A program made the translations under genes and the position numbers. Positions 9,892 to 18,707 of a stretch of 64,000 bases of DNA are shown in pieces. Origin of the DNA: Minisyncoccota bacterium (GTDB lineage Bacteria; Patescibacteriota; Microgenomatia; UBA1400; PJMF01); assembly GCA_029881675.1 (NCBI GenBank), contig JAOUMD010000001.1:2930-66929 (forward strand), in the 5' to 3' direction. A model generated the notes under the pieces. The model was not told the origin of the DNA, did not search any database, and saw only the letters and a list, made by a program, of their open reading frames with translations. Position 1 is the first letter of the stretch; every line of letters begins with the position of its first letter.

Positions 9892-10533
9892 TTATTTAAA
9901 AAACTCTTGCAATGCATCTAAAGTTTTTCTCATGTCATCTTGAGTGACAATTAAAGAAATCTCTGTATAAGTTGATACTATCTCTAAAATATTAACTCTC
10001 TTTACAGCAAGTGATCTTATTATCGTATAAATTACATTTGGAATTGGGATATAAATATCAGAAAAACGAGCACTGACTCCCACTAAATTATCTAAAACAA
10101 CTTTAGGTTTTACTCCAAAGTGGGTTAAGACATCTTCTCTTAAACTTTCTGGGATAATTAAAGTAATTTCATTAGTACTCTGCGTAATAGTAAGGAAATC
10201 TTTATCTGATACTAATGTCTCTCTTAACTCTTGAGCTTTTCTAATCGTCAGCTGATTTTTCTCAAACGTAATATCAGAAAGGGGAGATCTGACAACAATG
10301 TCATCTAATTTTATTTTTTGAACTAAAGGAGCTGTTTTTTTTATCTCAGGAGCCATTCTAGATAGAGCAGTTACTATAGATGTTTTCTTTACAGGTTTAA
10401 ATGTTTTTTCTTCTACTTTATCTAAAATCTGCTCTGCATAAGCGCTATAGTTAAGCAAACCTTCACGCATTGCTTCAAAGGCGGTTTCATCATTAGCTAG
10501 TATTTCTGACACTACAGTCGATATTTTTATCAT
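9892..10533 (-). CDS. ACT-domain protein with N-terminal putative DNA-binding helical domain (probable amino-acid-responsive regulator)
   Basis: GLLNYSAYA...SIVTALSR N-terminus; C-terminal ACT motif VNILEIVSTYTEISLIV. Confidence 0.65.
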   Translation of the reverse strand: MIKISTVVSEILANDETAFEAMREGLLNYSAYAEQILDKVEEKTFKPVKKTSIVTALSRMAPEIKKTAPLVQKIKLDDIVVRSPLSDITFEKNQLTIRKAQELRETLVSDKDFLTITQSTNEITLIIPESLREDVLTHFGVKPKVVLDNLVGVSARFSDIYIPIPNVIYTIIRSLAVKRVNILEIVSTYTEISLIVTQDDMRKTLDALQEFFK

Positions 10534-10544
10534 ATTTCATTCTT

Positions 10545-10568
10545 ATTTTGTAACGTATATTACAAAAT
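10545..10568. promoter_or_regulatory. Perfect inverted repeat, candidate operator in a divergent promoter
   Basis: ATTTTGTAA-cgtata-TTACAAAAT. Confidence 0.5.
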
Positions 10569-10654
10569 GTATTATATATGAATTATATCATGGTTTTTTG
10601 TACAGATTAGAAACTTACTGATAAGCTACTTCAAGTTAATTTTAGATAAAATAT

Positions 10655-12040
10655 ATGCCAAACAATGAAATTTTAATACATGGGACCGGAAGTTTATCTC
10701 AATATGAGGGTGATGGTGATGATTATGATCGTTATTATCTTCCTGCAAGAGCTATCATAAGAGCATTAGCAGATAGAAGACAAGGTTTGGAATCTCATAT
10801 TATACTTCCTGGGACTCAGTTAGATGAGACTGTCAATTTTTTAAATGATACTCTCAGCCCAAATGATACAAATTTACCTTCACTCGGAGAGAGTGCTTAC
10901 AGAACGCCAGATGAGCAGTATTTAATGTGGCAAGAAGTTGAAGAAAATATAGAACAATTTATCCTCTGGTTAGTTGAAAATAATCTGCAACATGCACTTT
11001 TAGGATTGCTTCCCTATGCATCTTCTGAGGACTATTGGTCAGTCTATGAAACACTAGTAGAACGTGGTTTTAATATAAGAACAAATATGGACAGATTAGA
11101 TGATGCCGCTTGGCTTGAGAATAGTTGCTTTGCACACAAAGGAGCTTACTTTGAATGGATTAATAACTCTATTAGACAAGAGGACCTTACTAATTATGAA
11201 GATATTAATAGACCTACTGGATATGTTGCCTGCTCTCCAAGTGAAGCAACACTAGCTCTTAATAGACTTAGAGCTAAATTAGGAGATGGACCAGTTTTAT
11301 TCAAACCAATTTATGGTGGAGGAGGCTATGGAATTAAATACTTTAATTCTATTCTAGAAGCACAAGAAGCATTAGATAACTCTACATACCAATTTGAATA
11401 TAACACTTATGATGAGTCTCAACTCCATCCAATTTTAATTCAAGAAGCTATTAACATCCAATATGATGACATGGGTGAAGTGGGAATTTCCGTTCAATTT
11501 AATGGCAAAAATATCATTGGGCTCACAAGGACGTTAGGAGATGGGTCAGGGCATTGGAGTGGGAATTTATTAATTAATTCAGAAAACTCTCAAGCAGCTG
11601 GTATTAGTCATAATATGTTTTCTTTGGCAGAAACTATGACTAGGCAATTGCTAAGTGAAATATCTCCTGATGGGAGAGGTGGCATAGACTTTCTAGTTTC
11701 AAATAACAATGGTTCTAGTGAGTTACACTTTATAGAGTTGAACGGTGGTCGAACAACTGGAGCTGAAGAAGCTGTTCAATTTGAAAGAATAGTACAAAGT
11801 AATAATGGCGTAACTGGCCTTCATAAATATTCAATTGATCCTAACAGTGATCTTACCATTCATGATATTGCAGAATTACTAAGAACAAATGGGAACCTCT
11901 TTAGTTTTGATGAAAATGACAATCCTGTATTTGGGTTATTGCCAATAATTTGTATTGGAGATCATCTTACTGTAGTAGGATATGCAAGAAACCATCAGGA
12001 ACTTCACCAAGCATTTCAATTATTATCAGAAAGACTTTAG
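10655..12040 (+). CDS. ATP-grasp fold protein (putative peptide/amide ligase)
   Basis: VLFKPIYGGGGYGI, ILIQE, GGIDFL, FIELNGGRTTG. Confidence 0.75.
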   Translation: MPNNEILIHGTGSLSQYEGDGDDYDRYYLPARAIIRALADRRQGLESHIILPGTQLDETVNFLNDTLSPNDTNLPSLGESAYRTPDEQYLMWQEVEENIEQFILWLVENNLQHALLGLLPYASSEDYWSVYETLVERGFNIRTNMDRLDDAAWLENSCFAHKGAYFEWINNSIRQEDLTNYEDINRPTGYVACSPSEATLALNRLRAKLGDGPVLFKPIYGGGGYGIKYFNSILEAQEALDNSTYQFEYNTYDESQLHPILIQEAINIQYDDMGEVGISVQFNGKNIIGLTRTLGDGSGHWSGNLLINSENSQAAGISHNMFSLAETMTRQLLSEISPDGRGGIDFLVSNNNGSSELHFIELNGGRTTGAEEAVQFERIVQSNNGVTGLHKYSIDPNSDLTIHDIAELLRTNGNLFSFDENDNPVFGLLPIICIGDHLTVVGYARNHQELHQAFQLLSERL

Positions 12041-12042
12041 AT

Positions 12043-13104
12043 ATGAATCTAATAGACTTATTTCAGCAACTAGTACAAATTGACTCTCCAACGGGAAAAG
12101 AAGAAAATATTTCTAACTTTGTTTCTAATTTTATCAAAGAAGAATGTAACCTTACTCCTCTTACTGACACACATAACAATGTTTTTGTAAAAGTAAAAGG
12201 AGTAGGGGAACCTATTTTTTTTAATGCTCACCTAGACACTGTTCAACCAGGGGAAAATATTGTTCCAATAATAGAAAATGGCATTATAAAAAGTCAAGGA
12301 AATACTATCTTGGGAGCAGATAATAAAGCTAGTGTTGCTGCAATCTTATCTTCCCTTAAAGATTTAAATACAAATAATTTAGAACATCGTCCTTTAGAAA
12401 TCCTTTTTACAATATCTGAAGAATCAGAGAACCTCGGTGCAATTAATTTTGATAAATCTATGATCAAATCAAAAATAGGTTACATCTTTGATCTAAATCG
12501 ACCTGTGGGAACGATTGTAAAATCAGCTCCATTCTATGCTAGGTTCTCAATAAAAATTAATGGTAAATCAGCCCACGCTTCAAGAAGAGATTTATCTATT
12601 CCAGCTATGGATTCATTAGTAGAAATAATTAATCTTATTGAGAAAGTTAGAAAAAAGGAATTAATAATAAATATTGGAGAAATTAACGGAGGAACTGCCA
12701 GAAATACTGTTATTGGAACTATTAGTATAGAAGGAGAATTTAGAAGTGTTAATAAAATCATCTTTTATAAAACAAAAGAACTTTTGGAAAAAAAACTTTC
12801 AGACATCAATGATAAAACAAAAAGTCAAATTTCATTTGAAATAATAGTAGAAAATCCTGGTTATTTACACACTGATGCAGAGATTAATTATGTTAAAACT
12901 ACTATTGAAAAAATACTTAATAAAAAAATTGACGTGATTGAAACAATGGGTTGTTCTGATGGGAATATTTTTAATAATGAAATAGGTCTCACTACCTTTG
13001 ATTTAGGAGATGGAGGTGAGGGAGCACACACTACAGATGAATCGATTAGTATAAGTAATTTATCTTTATTAAAAAAACTGGTTACAAACTTAATGATAAC
13101 TTAA
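12043..13104 (+). CDS. M20 family metallopeptidase (peptidase T-like)
   Basis: NAHLDTV, LGADNKA, SEE, GKSAHAS, CSDGN, AHTTDE; start re-placed at the ATG at 12043, just after the upstream stop. Confidence 0.88.
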   Translation: MNLIDLFQQLVQIDSPTGKEENISNFVSNFIKEECNLTPLTDTHNNVFVKVKGVGEPIFFNAHLDTVQPGENIVPIIENGIIKSQGNTILGADNKASVAAILSSLKDLNTNNLEHRPLEILFTISEESENLGAINFDKSMIKSKIGYIFDLNRPVGTIVKSAPFYARFSIKINGKSAHASRRDLSIPAMDSLVEIINLIEKVRKKELIINIGEINGGTARNTVIGTISIEGEFRSVNKIIFYKTKELLEKKLSDINDKTKSQISFEIIVENPGYLHTDAEINYVKTTIEKILNKKIDVIETMGCSDGNIFNNEIGLTTFDLGDGGEGAHTTDESISISNLSLLKKLVTNLMIT

Positions 13105-13634
13105 ATATTCTCTTCCAAATCCATATTTCTATCAATTAACTCTCTAATAATAGCTGCTTTAGTCTTATTGTATTTCTTGCTTACTGATTCTAAGTAATCA
13201 TCAATTCTTTGGCTAAGTGGTAAGTTCAATCTTACCTTCAGCTGATATTCCTCTAGTTTTTGTAAATCAAAGTTTTTACTAACCTCTGATTCAATAGATA
13301 GGGGAGTGTGGAGTAGTAGATAAGAAATTTCTGATTCTGTCAGGTAACCTCTACCAGCAATATCGAGTAGAGAATTAGCTTCTTCAATATATCTAATCCC
13401 ACGGTGATTAATTAATATCTCAATTAAAACTAAAATTGTTTTTCTATCTTTAGGAGTTCTTTTATCATTTTGCCAACGAGAAAGCTCACTATTACTAATA
13501 GTGATACCTGATTTGTAGAATTGATTGGAAAGCGCGTTTAGAGTCCTGAAGCCGGACTTCATTCTAAATAATTTAAATAGTTGACCAAAAGTATGTTTAT
13601 TATTAATTTGCGTCATAAGTATAAAACTACCCAC
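13101..13634 (-). CDS. XRE-type HTH plus C-terminal RHH protein
   Basis: TFGQLFKLFR...SELSRWQNDKRTP; C-terminal RLNLPLSQRIDDYLESVSKKYNKTKAAIIRELID. Confidence 0.7.
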   Translation of the reverse strand: MGSFILMTQINNKHTFGQLFKLFRMKSGFRTLNALSNQFYKSGITISNSELSRWQNDKRTPKDRKTILVLIEILINHRGIRYIEEANSLLDIAGRGYLTESEISYLLLHTPLSIESEVSKNFDLQKLEEYQLKVRLNLPLSQRIDDYLESVSKKYNKTKAAIIRELIDRNMDLEENI

Positions 13635-13964
13635 TCAATACACACATTATATCATTCATGAGTAAGATTTAATAAATGGGAGTACCAGACTAGAGAACAA
13701 TCTATCTATGCTTTTCTTTTGCAATACATGCAATTTTATTACTCAATATTTAATTGTTTGAAATAATGCCATCACTGCTATTTAATTATAATTTTAAATA
13801 GGGACAATACTTTCATGGTAAGAAAAATCTCTATCCTTCTACTCACTTGTCAGACAGCCGTAATTGTTATCCTGTCTCTTTTTCTTCTTACACCCAAAAA
13901 AGCACTATATACTCTAAGTGATATCTTAAATTTAAAATATAAAATTGTTCTGGTTGAGAGATAA

Positions 13965-14690
13965 TTATTTATCTATTGCTTCATTCAGATTGCCAATTAC
14001 TTCAGGGATAAAAACGTCATACATAAGGTTTGGTTCCATATCGACAGGAGGTACTCCATCACCATTGTGAATTACTCCTTCACGAGCCACGGTCACTACT
14101 TCAATAAGATTAGGATCATAGCTTCTTCCTAAAATATCTTTGAGGCCACCTAGAATAGCCTTAATAGTAGCTCCTGTACTATAGACATTATCAATAATAA
14201 CAATCTTTTCTCCCGCTTTAATTGCTGATTTAATATGCTTTTCTATTTGTCTACCAAAAGCCATATATTTTGGCTTATCTGGAGAAGTAATCGGATTATA
14301 TACGTAAATACGATCTTCTAAATGTGTCTGAGCTTTTATCTCATCAAAATCACGACTACCTAATAAATCAAGAAGAGGTAGCTCTACTTCATCACAAGCT
14401 TCTGTAATCATTGGCATTGATTTAGAAGAAAATGGGGTAATAGCTAAAGCAACATTATCTAACTTCCCAAGCATCTCAATTAAGGCACTGGTCCCAGCAT
14501 TTTTAACTTCTTCCTCTCTTGGATCAAACCAAGCAATCCAAACTGGCTCTTCATCACTGCCAACGTTCTTTAAAGCTAGTTCTAAGACCATTTGACCAAG
14601 AATTATTTCTAAGTATGGCTGATCATCTCTAAATTGAATATCTTCTGGTCTATAGATAGTGGCTTGATGCTCTAATGATTGTTTTGACAT
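13965..14690 (-). CDS. Type I phosphoribosyltransferase (purine PRT-like)
   Basis: PRPP loop IVIIDNVYSTGAT (DN in place of the canonical DD). Confidence 0.7.
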   Translation of the reverse strand: MSKQSLEHQATIYRPEDIQFRDDQPYLEIILGQMVLELALKNVGSDEEPVWIAWFDPREEEVKNAGTSALIEMLGKLDNVALAITPFSSKSMPMITEACDEVELPLLDLLGSRDFDEIKAQTHLEDRIYVYNPITSPDKPKYMAFGRQIEKHIKSAIKAGEKIVIIDNVYSTGATIKAILGGLKDILGRSYDPNLIEVVTVAREGVIHNGDGVPPVDMEPNLMYDVFIPEVIGNLNEAIDK

Positions 14691-14874
14691 ATTAACTTAA
14701 TATAGCACTTTGCTATTAATTCAAAAACCCATAGCAATCAAGAATATTAAAAATATTGACAGAATATTATTTGTAACTTAAAATACTCTAACAAAGTTAA
14801 CTTAGTCAAGAGATCCCCCCGCCTCCCCGCAAATAACTTAACTAACTGTTTCATATAAATAACAGAAAGTCATT

Positions 14875-15516
14875 ATGTTCACAGAAAAAAAATTAATCGC
14901 CCAAGATGTAGATGAGTGTATCTTTAATAGTGTTGATAAACATTATCTTCACTATAAAAAAGAAGCTGAGACTAGAGAAGGAATTGTTGTTCCTTCCCTA
15001 GAAGAAGTAATTAGACTTGGTGGAACCCATGCCTTCTTTGGTCAATTTGAGTGGTATGCACAGATGAATAAAGATAATAGAAATGATGAAAAGTTCAATA
15101 GGGGACAAGAAAGAATAGATGGTTCCCTAGAAGCACTCACATTATTAGAATCCCAACTAGCTGTATATCTTACTACCAGACCAGAGTCATTACTCAGAGT
15201 TACCCAAGAAGAACTTGATAAATATGGCTACCCAGATAGACAAGTAATTTGTAGACCAAAGGAAGTTAACTTCAAAAAGACTACAGAGTGGAAAACATGG
15301 ATGTTAGCTCAGTTAGCTATGCAATTCCAAGCACAAATGTTGATGGTAGATGACTCAATAAACTTACATCAACATCTAAACCATGCCAAACTAAATGGTA
15401 GTAAAGGCTTACTTGATACCATTCTATATGCTGGGCCTATGACACCTAAAGGCAATGGTGAAATGACATGGGAAGAGATTGTCTCATTGATGATGGGTAA
15501 AGAGTTTGCTGCTTAA
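14875..15516 (+). CDS. HAD-superfamily hydrolase, 5'(3')-nucleotidase-like
   Basis: DVDEC motif I, YLTTRP motif II, conserved K, MVDDS motif IV; sigma70 promoter TTGACA-17-TAAAAT at 14756-14784. Confidence 0.75.
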   Translation: MFTEKKLIAQDVDECIFNSVDKHYLHYKKEAETREGIVVPSLEEVIRLGGTHAFFGQFEWYAQMNKDNRNDEKFNRGQERIDGSLEALTLLESQLAVYLTTRPESLLRVTQEELDKYGYPDRQVICRPKEVNFKKTTEWKTWMLAQLAMQFQAQMLMVDDSINLHQHLNHAKLNGSKGLLDTILYAGPMTPKGNGEMTWEEIVSLMMGKEFAA

Positions 15517-15599
15517 TATCAGCACTAATTACCTTAAATAATATTACAAATATTTGACTTATAATAATTAAGTGATTATAATTCCTATTACAAATTAAA

Positions 15600-15828
15600 A
15601 TTAAATCCGTTCACAGCAGGAGTCGCGCCTTGCAAAACTTGTCTAACAAGTACGGAGCTTCACAAAATTGAAGCCGAGAGAATCTCGTTAAAATTCAAAC
15701 TCTTAATCGCTAAATAGTAGAGAGAGTCATAAAGTAAATAGCAGTGATGTTATTTTAAATCAGAGTGGTACCACGAAGTTACTTCGTCTCTGTTCTTATA
15801 AATATTAAGAATAGAACGGAGTTTTTTT
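15600..15828 (+). promoter_or_regulatory. T-box riboswitch (Arg, CGC specifier) with intrinsic terminator
   Basis: AAATCAGAG-TGGTACC-ACG...CGT-CTCTG antiterminator at about 15757-15792; terminator CTCTGTTCT...AGAACGGAG-T7; CGC at 15624-26 in a 5' hairpin loop; promoter TTGACT-17-TATAAT at 15554-15582. Confidence 0.88.
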
Positions 15829-17247
15829 ATGTCAAAAACAGTAAAACTGTGGGACAAAGGTACCAAATCAAATTCCATAATTGAAAACTACTTAGCAGGA
15901 GATGATATCTTCTTGGACCAACAGTTAGTTCAATTTGATGTTTACGGATCTTTGGCTCACTGCAAAATGTTATATCAAAATAATTTAATTGAGAAAATTG
16001 ACTTTGACCACTTAACTAAAGGTCTTAAACAAATCTTAAAGTTAAATAAAGATGGTCAATTTAACCTTTCACTTTCAGATGAAGATATTCATACCAAAGT
16101 AGAGAACTACTTAACAGAAATATACCCAGAATCTGGAGGTAAACTTCATACTGGAAGATCAAGAAATGATCAGGTATTAGTGGATATTAGACTTTACTCT
16201 AAGGATCAATTAACTGATGTTATTAAATTAGTAATAAATCTAATAAGTGATTTCCAAATCTTTTCAAAAAAACATGAGTTCTTGCCCATGGCTGGTTACA
16301 CTCATATGCAACAAGCAATGCTTTCATCAGTGGGTCTTTGGGCAGATTCTTTCACTCAAAGCTTACTTGACGACCTGACAGTTGTTCAAACTGCCTATGA
16401 CTTAAATGATCAGTCTCCACTTGGCTCTGGGGCAGCGTATGGAGTGTCTCTACCTATAGATAGAGAACTAACTGCTAAACTTCTAGGTTTTAAAAAAGTA
16501 CAAACCAATGCTTTATATTGTCAGAACTCAAAAGGAAAAATTGAATCAACTATAATCCATAGTTTAAGTTCAATCATGAACACCTTGAGTAAGTTTGCTC
16601 AAGACATCTTACTTTTTACTACCAGTGAATTTAATTATTTCTCCGTTCCTAAAAGCTTAACCACTGGAAGTAGTATCATGCCTCAAAAAAATAATCATGA
16701 TGCAATGGAACTGCTGAGAGGAAAAACAAAAGTTATTCAAAGCTATTACTCACTAGTCAGTTCAATCAACAGTGATTTACCGTCAGGATATAACAGAGAT
16801 ACACAGTTAATTAAACAACCTCTCTTTGAGAGCTTCAAAATAACTAAAGAATCTCTTCAAGTGGTGAGTTTATATGTTAATTCTTTGATACCAAATAAGG
16901 AAAATATTAAAAAGAATATATCCAAAGAACTATTTGCAGCTCATCATGCCTATCAGTTAATGAAAAAGAATAATTGGTCATTTAGAAAAGCCTATTCTTA
17001 TGTTGGTAAAAACTTAGATAAGATCCCTAACTATGACCCAATTAAAGTTCTCAAAGAAACTACTACATTGGGTGGACCAGGGAATTTGCAATTAGATTCT
17101 TTAGACAAAAACTTACTCCGTCAGTCCTTAACTTTGTCCCAAAGAAAACAAAACACTCATCAAACAATGAGTAAAATAAACATAAATAATTTAAGAAATA
17201 AAAATAATGAAAAAAATCACACAATATATAAAAGTTGCTTCACATGA
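15829..17247 (+). CDS. argH: Argininosuccinate lyase
   Basis: EDIH, LHTGRSRNDQ, GYTHMQQA, SPLGSGA, TGSSIMPQKNN, LPSGYNRD. Confidence 0.95.
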   Translation: MSKTVKLWDKGTKSNSIIENYLAGDDIFLDQQLVQFDVYGSLAHCKMLYQNNLIEKIDFDHLTKGLKQILKLNKDGQFNLSLSDEDIHTKVENYLTEIYPESGGKLHTGRSRNDQVLVDIRLYSKDQLTDVIKLVINLISDFQIFSKKHEFLPMAGYTHMQQAMLSSVGLWADSFTQSLLDDLTVVQTAYDLNDQSPLGSGAAYGVSLPIDRELTAKLLGFKKVQTNALYCQNSKGKIESTIIHSLSSIMNTLSKFAQDILLFTTSEFNYFSVPKSLTTGSSIMPQKNNHDAMELLRGKTKVIQSYYSLVSSINSDLPSGYNRDTQLIKQPLFESFKITKESLQVVSLYVNSLIPNKENIKKNISKELFAAHHAYQLMKKNNWSFRKAYSYVGKNLDKIPNYDPIKVLKETTTLGGPGNLQLDSLDKNLLRQSLTLSQRKQNTHQTMSKININNLRNKNNEKNHTIYKSCFT

Positions 17248-18457
17248 AGTAAAAGAAAAAAAAGTAGACAAAGTAGTCCTACTGTATTCAGGAGGACTGG
17301 ATACTTCAGTGATGCTCAAATGGCTACAAGACTCATATCAGGCCAAAGTAATTGCACTCACAATAGACATTGGCCAACAAGCTGATGATCTTGAAGAGAT
17401 CAAACAAAAAGCTCTAAATCTAGGTGCCCACAAAGCATATACGCTAGATTGTAAGGATGAGTTTGCTAATGAATATATTGCCAAAGGGATTAAAGCTAAC
17501 GCTTCATACCAAGGTCAGTATCACTTAAGCACTCCAATCGGCAGACCTTTACTTGCAAAAAAAGCAGTAGAAATTGCAAAGAAAGAAGGAGCTCTAGTTA
17601 TTGCCCATGGCTGTACTGGAAAGGGAAATGACCAGGTCAGAATTGAGTCATCAATTCTTTGTTATGACTCTTCCATGAAGATCATTGCCCCTGTAAGAGA
17701 GTGGGCGATGGGTAGAGATGAGGAGTTAAAGTATGCAAAGAAACATAATATTCCAACTCCTCAAGCTCAACAAGGAGTCTCATATTCCTGGGATGACAAC
17801 ATGTGGGGAGTCACTGGAGAAGGTGGGGAAATAGAAGATCCTAAACTTGAACCAAATTATGAAAAAATTCTTCAGGTATGCAAGATTCCAGAAAAGGCAT
17901 CAAGTAAAGCAGAGTACCTTGAGATTACTTTTGATAAAGGGGTTCCTACTCATTTAAACAATAAAAAGGAAAAACTATCTAATTTAATTATTAAGTTAAA
18001 TAAAATAGGTGGTAAACATGGAGTAGGAATTACAACCTTAATTGAAGATAGATTGGTTGGTCTTAAAGTCAGAGGAGTTTATGAAGCCCCTGGTGCTGCC
18101 ATTATTACCAAAGCACATTATGACTTAGAAAAAATTGTCTGTACTCAAACAGAGAATGAGTTCAAAGAAATAATAGATAAAAAATGGGCTTACCTTTGTT
18201 ACTCAGCTAAATGGTTAGAACCAACCATGAGCCATCTCAATAGCTATATTGAGTCAGTTAGTAAAAAGGTAACTGGGGTAGTAAAACTGAAGTTATTCAA
18301 AGGAAACATTACCATTGTTTCAGTAAGTTCACCAAACTCTCTCTTTGATGCTGATTTAGCTACCTTTGATAAGAATAGTAAGTTCAATCAAAACTCTAGT
18401 GCAGGGTTTATTGAGATCTATTCATTAGCGATGAAGACGGCTAATTTGAAGAAGTAG
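17207..18457 (+). CDS. argG: Argininosuccinate synthase
   Basis: LLYSGGLDTS, AHGCTGKGNDQVR, GLKVRGVYEAPG. Confidence 0.96.
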   Translation: MKKITQYIKVASHEVKEKKVDKVVLLYSGGLDTSVMLKWLQDSYQAKVIALTIDIGQQADDLEEIKQKALNLGAHKAYTLDCKDEFANEYIAKGIKANASYQGQYHLSTPIGRPLLAKKAVEIAKKEGALVIAHGCTGKGNDQVRIESSILCYDSSMKIIAPVREWAMGRDEELKYAKKHNIPTPQAQQGVSYSWDDNMWGVTGEGGEIEDPKLEPNYEKILQVCKIPEKASSKAEYLEITFDKGVPTHLNNKKEKLSNLIIKLNKIGGKHGVGITTLIEDRLVGLKVRGVYEAPGAAIITKAHYDLEKIVCTQTENEFKEIIDKKWAYLCYSAKWLEPTMSHLNSYIESVSKKVTGVVKLKLFKGNITIVSVSSPNSLFDADLATFDKNSKFNQNSSAGFIEIYSLAMKTANLKK

Positions 18458-18472
18458 TTAAAAATAGTTACT

Positions 18473-18501
18473 AAAAAGCCCCTATTTAATAGGGGCTTTT
18501 T
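18473..18501 (+). terminator. Rho-independent (bidirectional-type) terminator after argG
   Basis: AAAAAGCCCCTAT-TTA-ATAGGGGCTTTTT. Confidence 0.88.
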
Positions 18502-18550
18502 GTAATGCACATTGATTAAATATCTACTTGATAATAAAATATCAATTAGA

Positions 18551-18613
18551 ATGAACAAATATTTATTAACTACTGGTAATTCAATTATTATCCGCCTAAG
18601 GTGGAGTATTTGA
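18551..18613 (+). CDS. Putative attenuator leader peptide MNKYLLTTGNSIIIRLRWSI
   Basis: 20-codon ORF just after the promoter TTGATT-17-TAAAAT (18512-18540); an Ile run abuts hairpin CCGCC-TAA-GGTGG. Confidence 0.65.
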   Translation: MNKYLLTTGNSIIIRLRWSI

Positions 18614-18638
18614 TTTAGTTAAAATAATTTAAGATCAG

Positions 18639-18662
18639 AGCCCCGCCTTAGGCGGGTTTTTT
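18639..18662 (+). terminator. Attenuator terminator upstream of the aminotransferase
   Basis: CCCGCC-TTA-GGCGGG-T6; complementary to leader segment 18592-18604. Confidence 0.8.
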
Positions 18663-18707
18663 AATTCCCAAAAATTATAAAAAATATAAATCTAATATCT
18701 AATTACT

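Noticed and set aside
11950-12042. Extended N-terminus of the M20 peptidase in the ORF track
   Set aside because: Overlaps the ATP-grasp gene by about 90 nt; the family-like sequence starts at ATG 12043
13762-13783. AAATAGCAGTGATG on the minus strand, identical to 14 nt of the Arg T-box stem III region
   Set aside because: No T-box bulge or other elements nearby; likely a chance or generic hairpin
17207-17247. 41-nt argH/argG overlap as a recoding signal
   Set aside because: Explained by a low-complexity C-terminal run-on; no slippery site or structure
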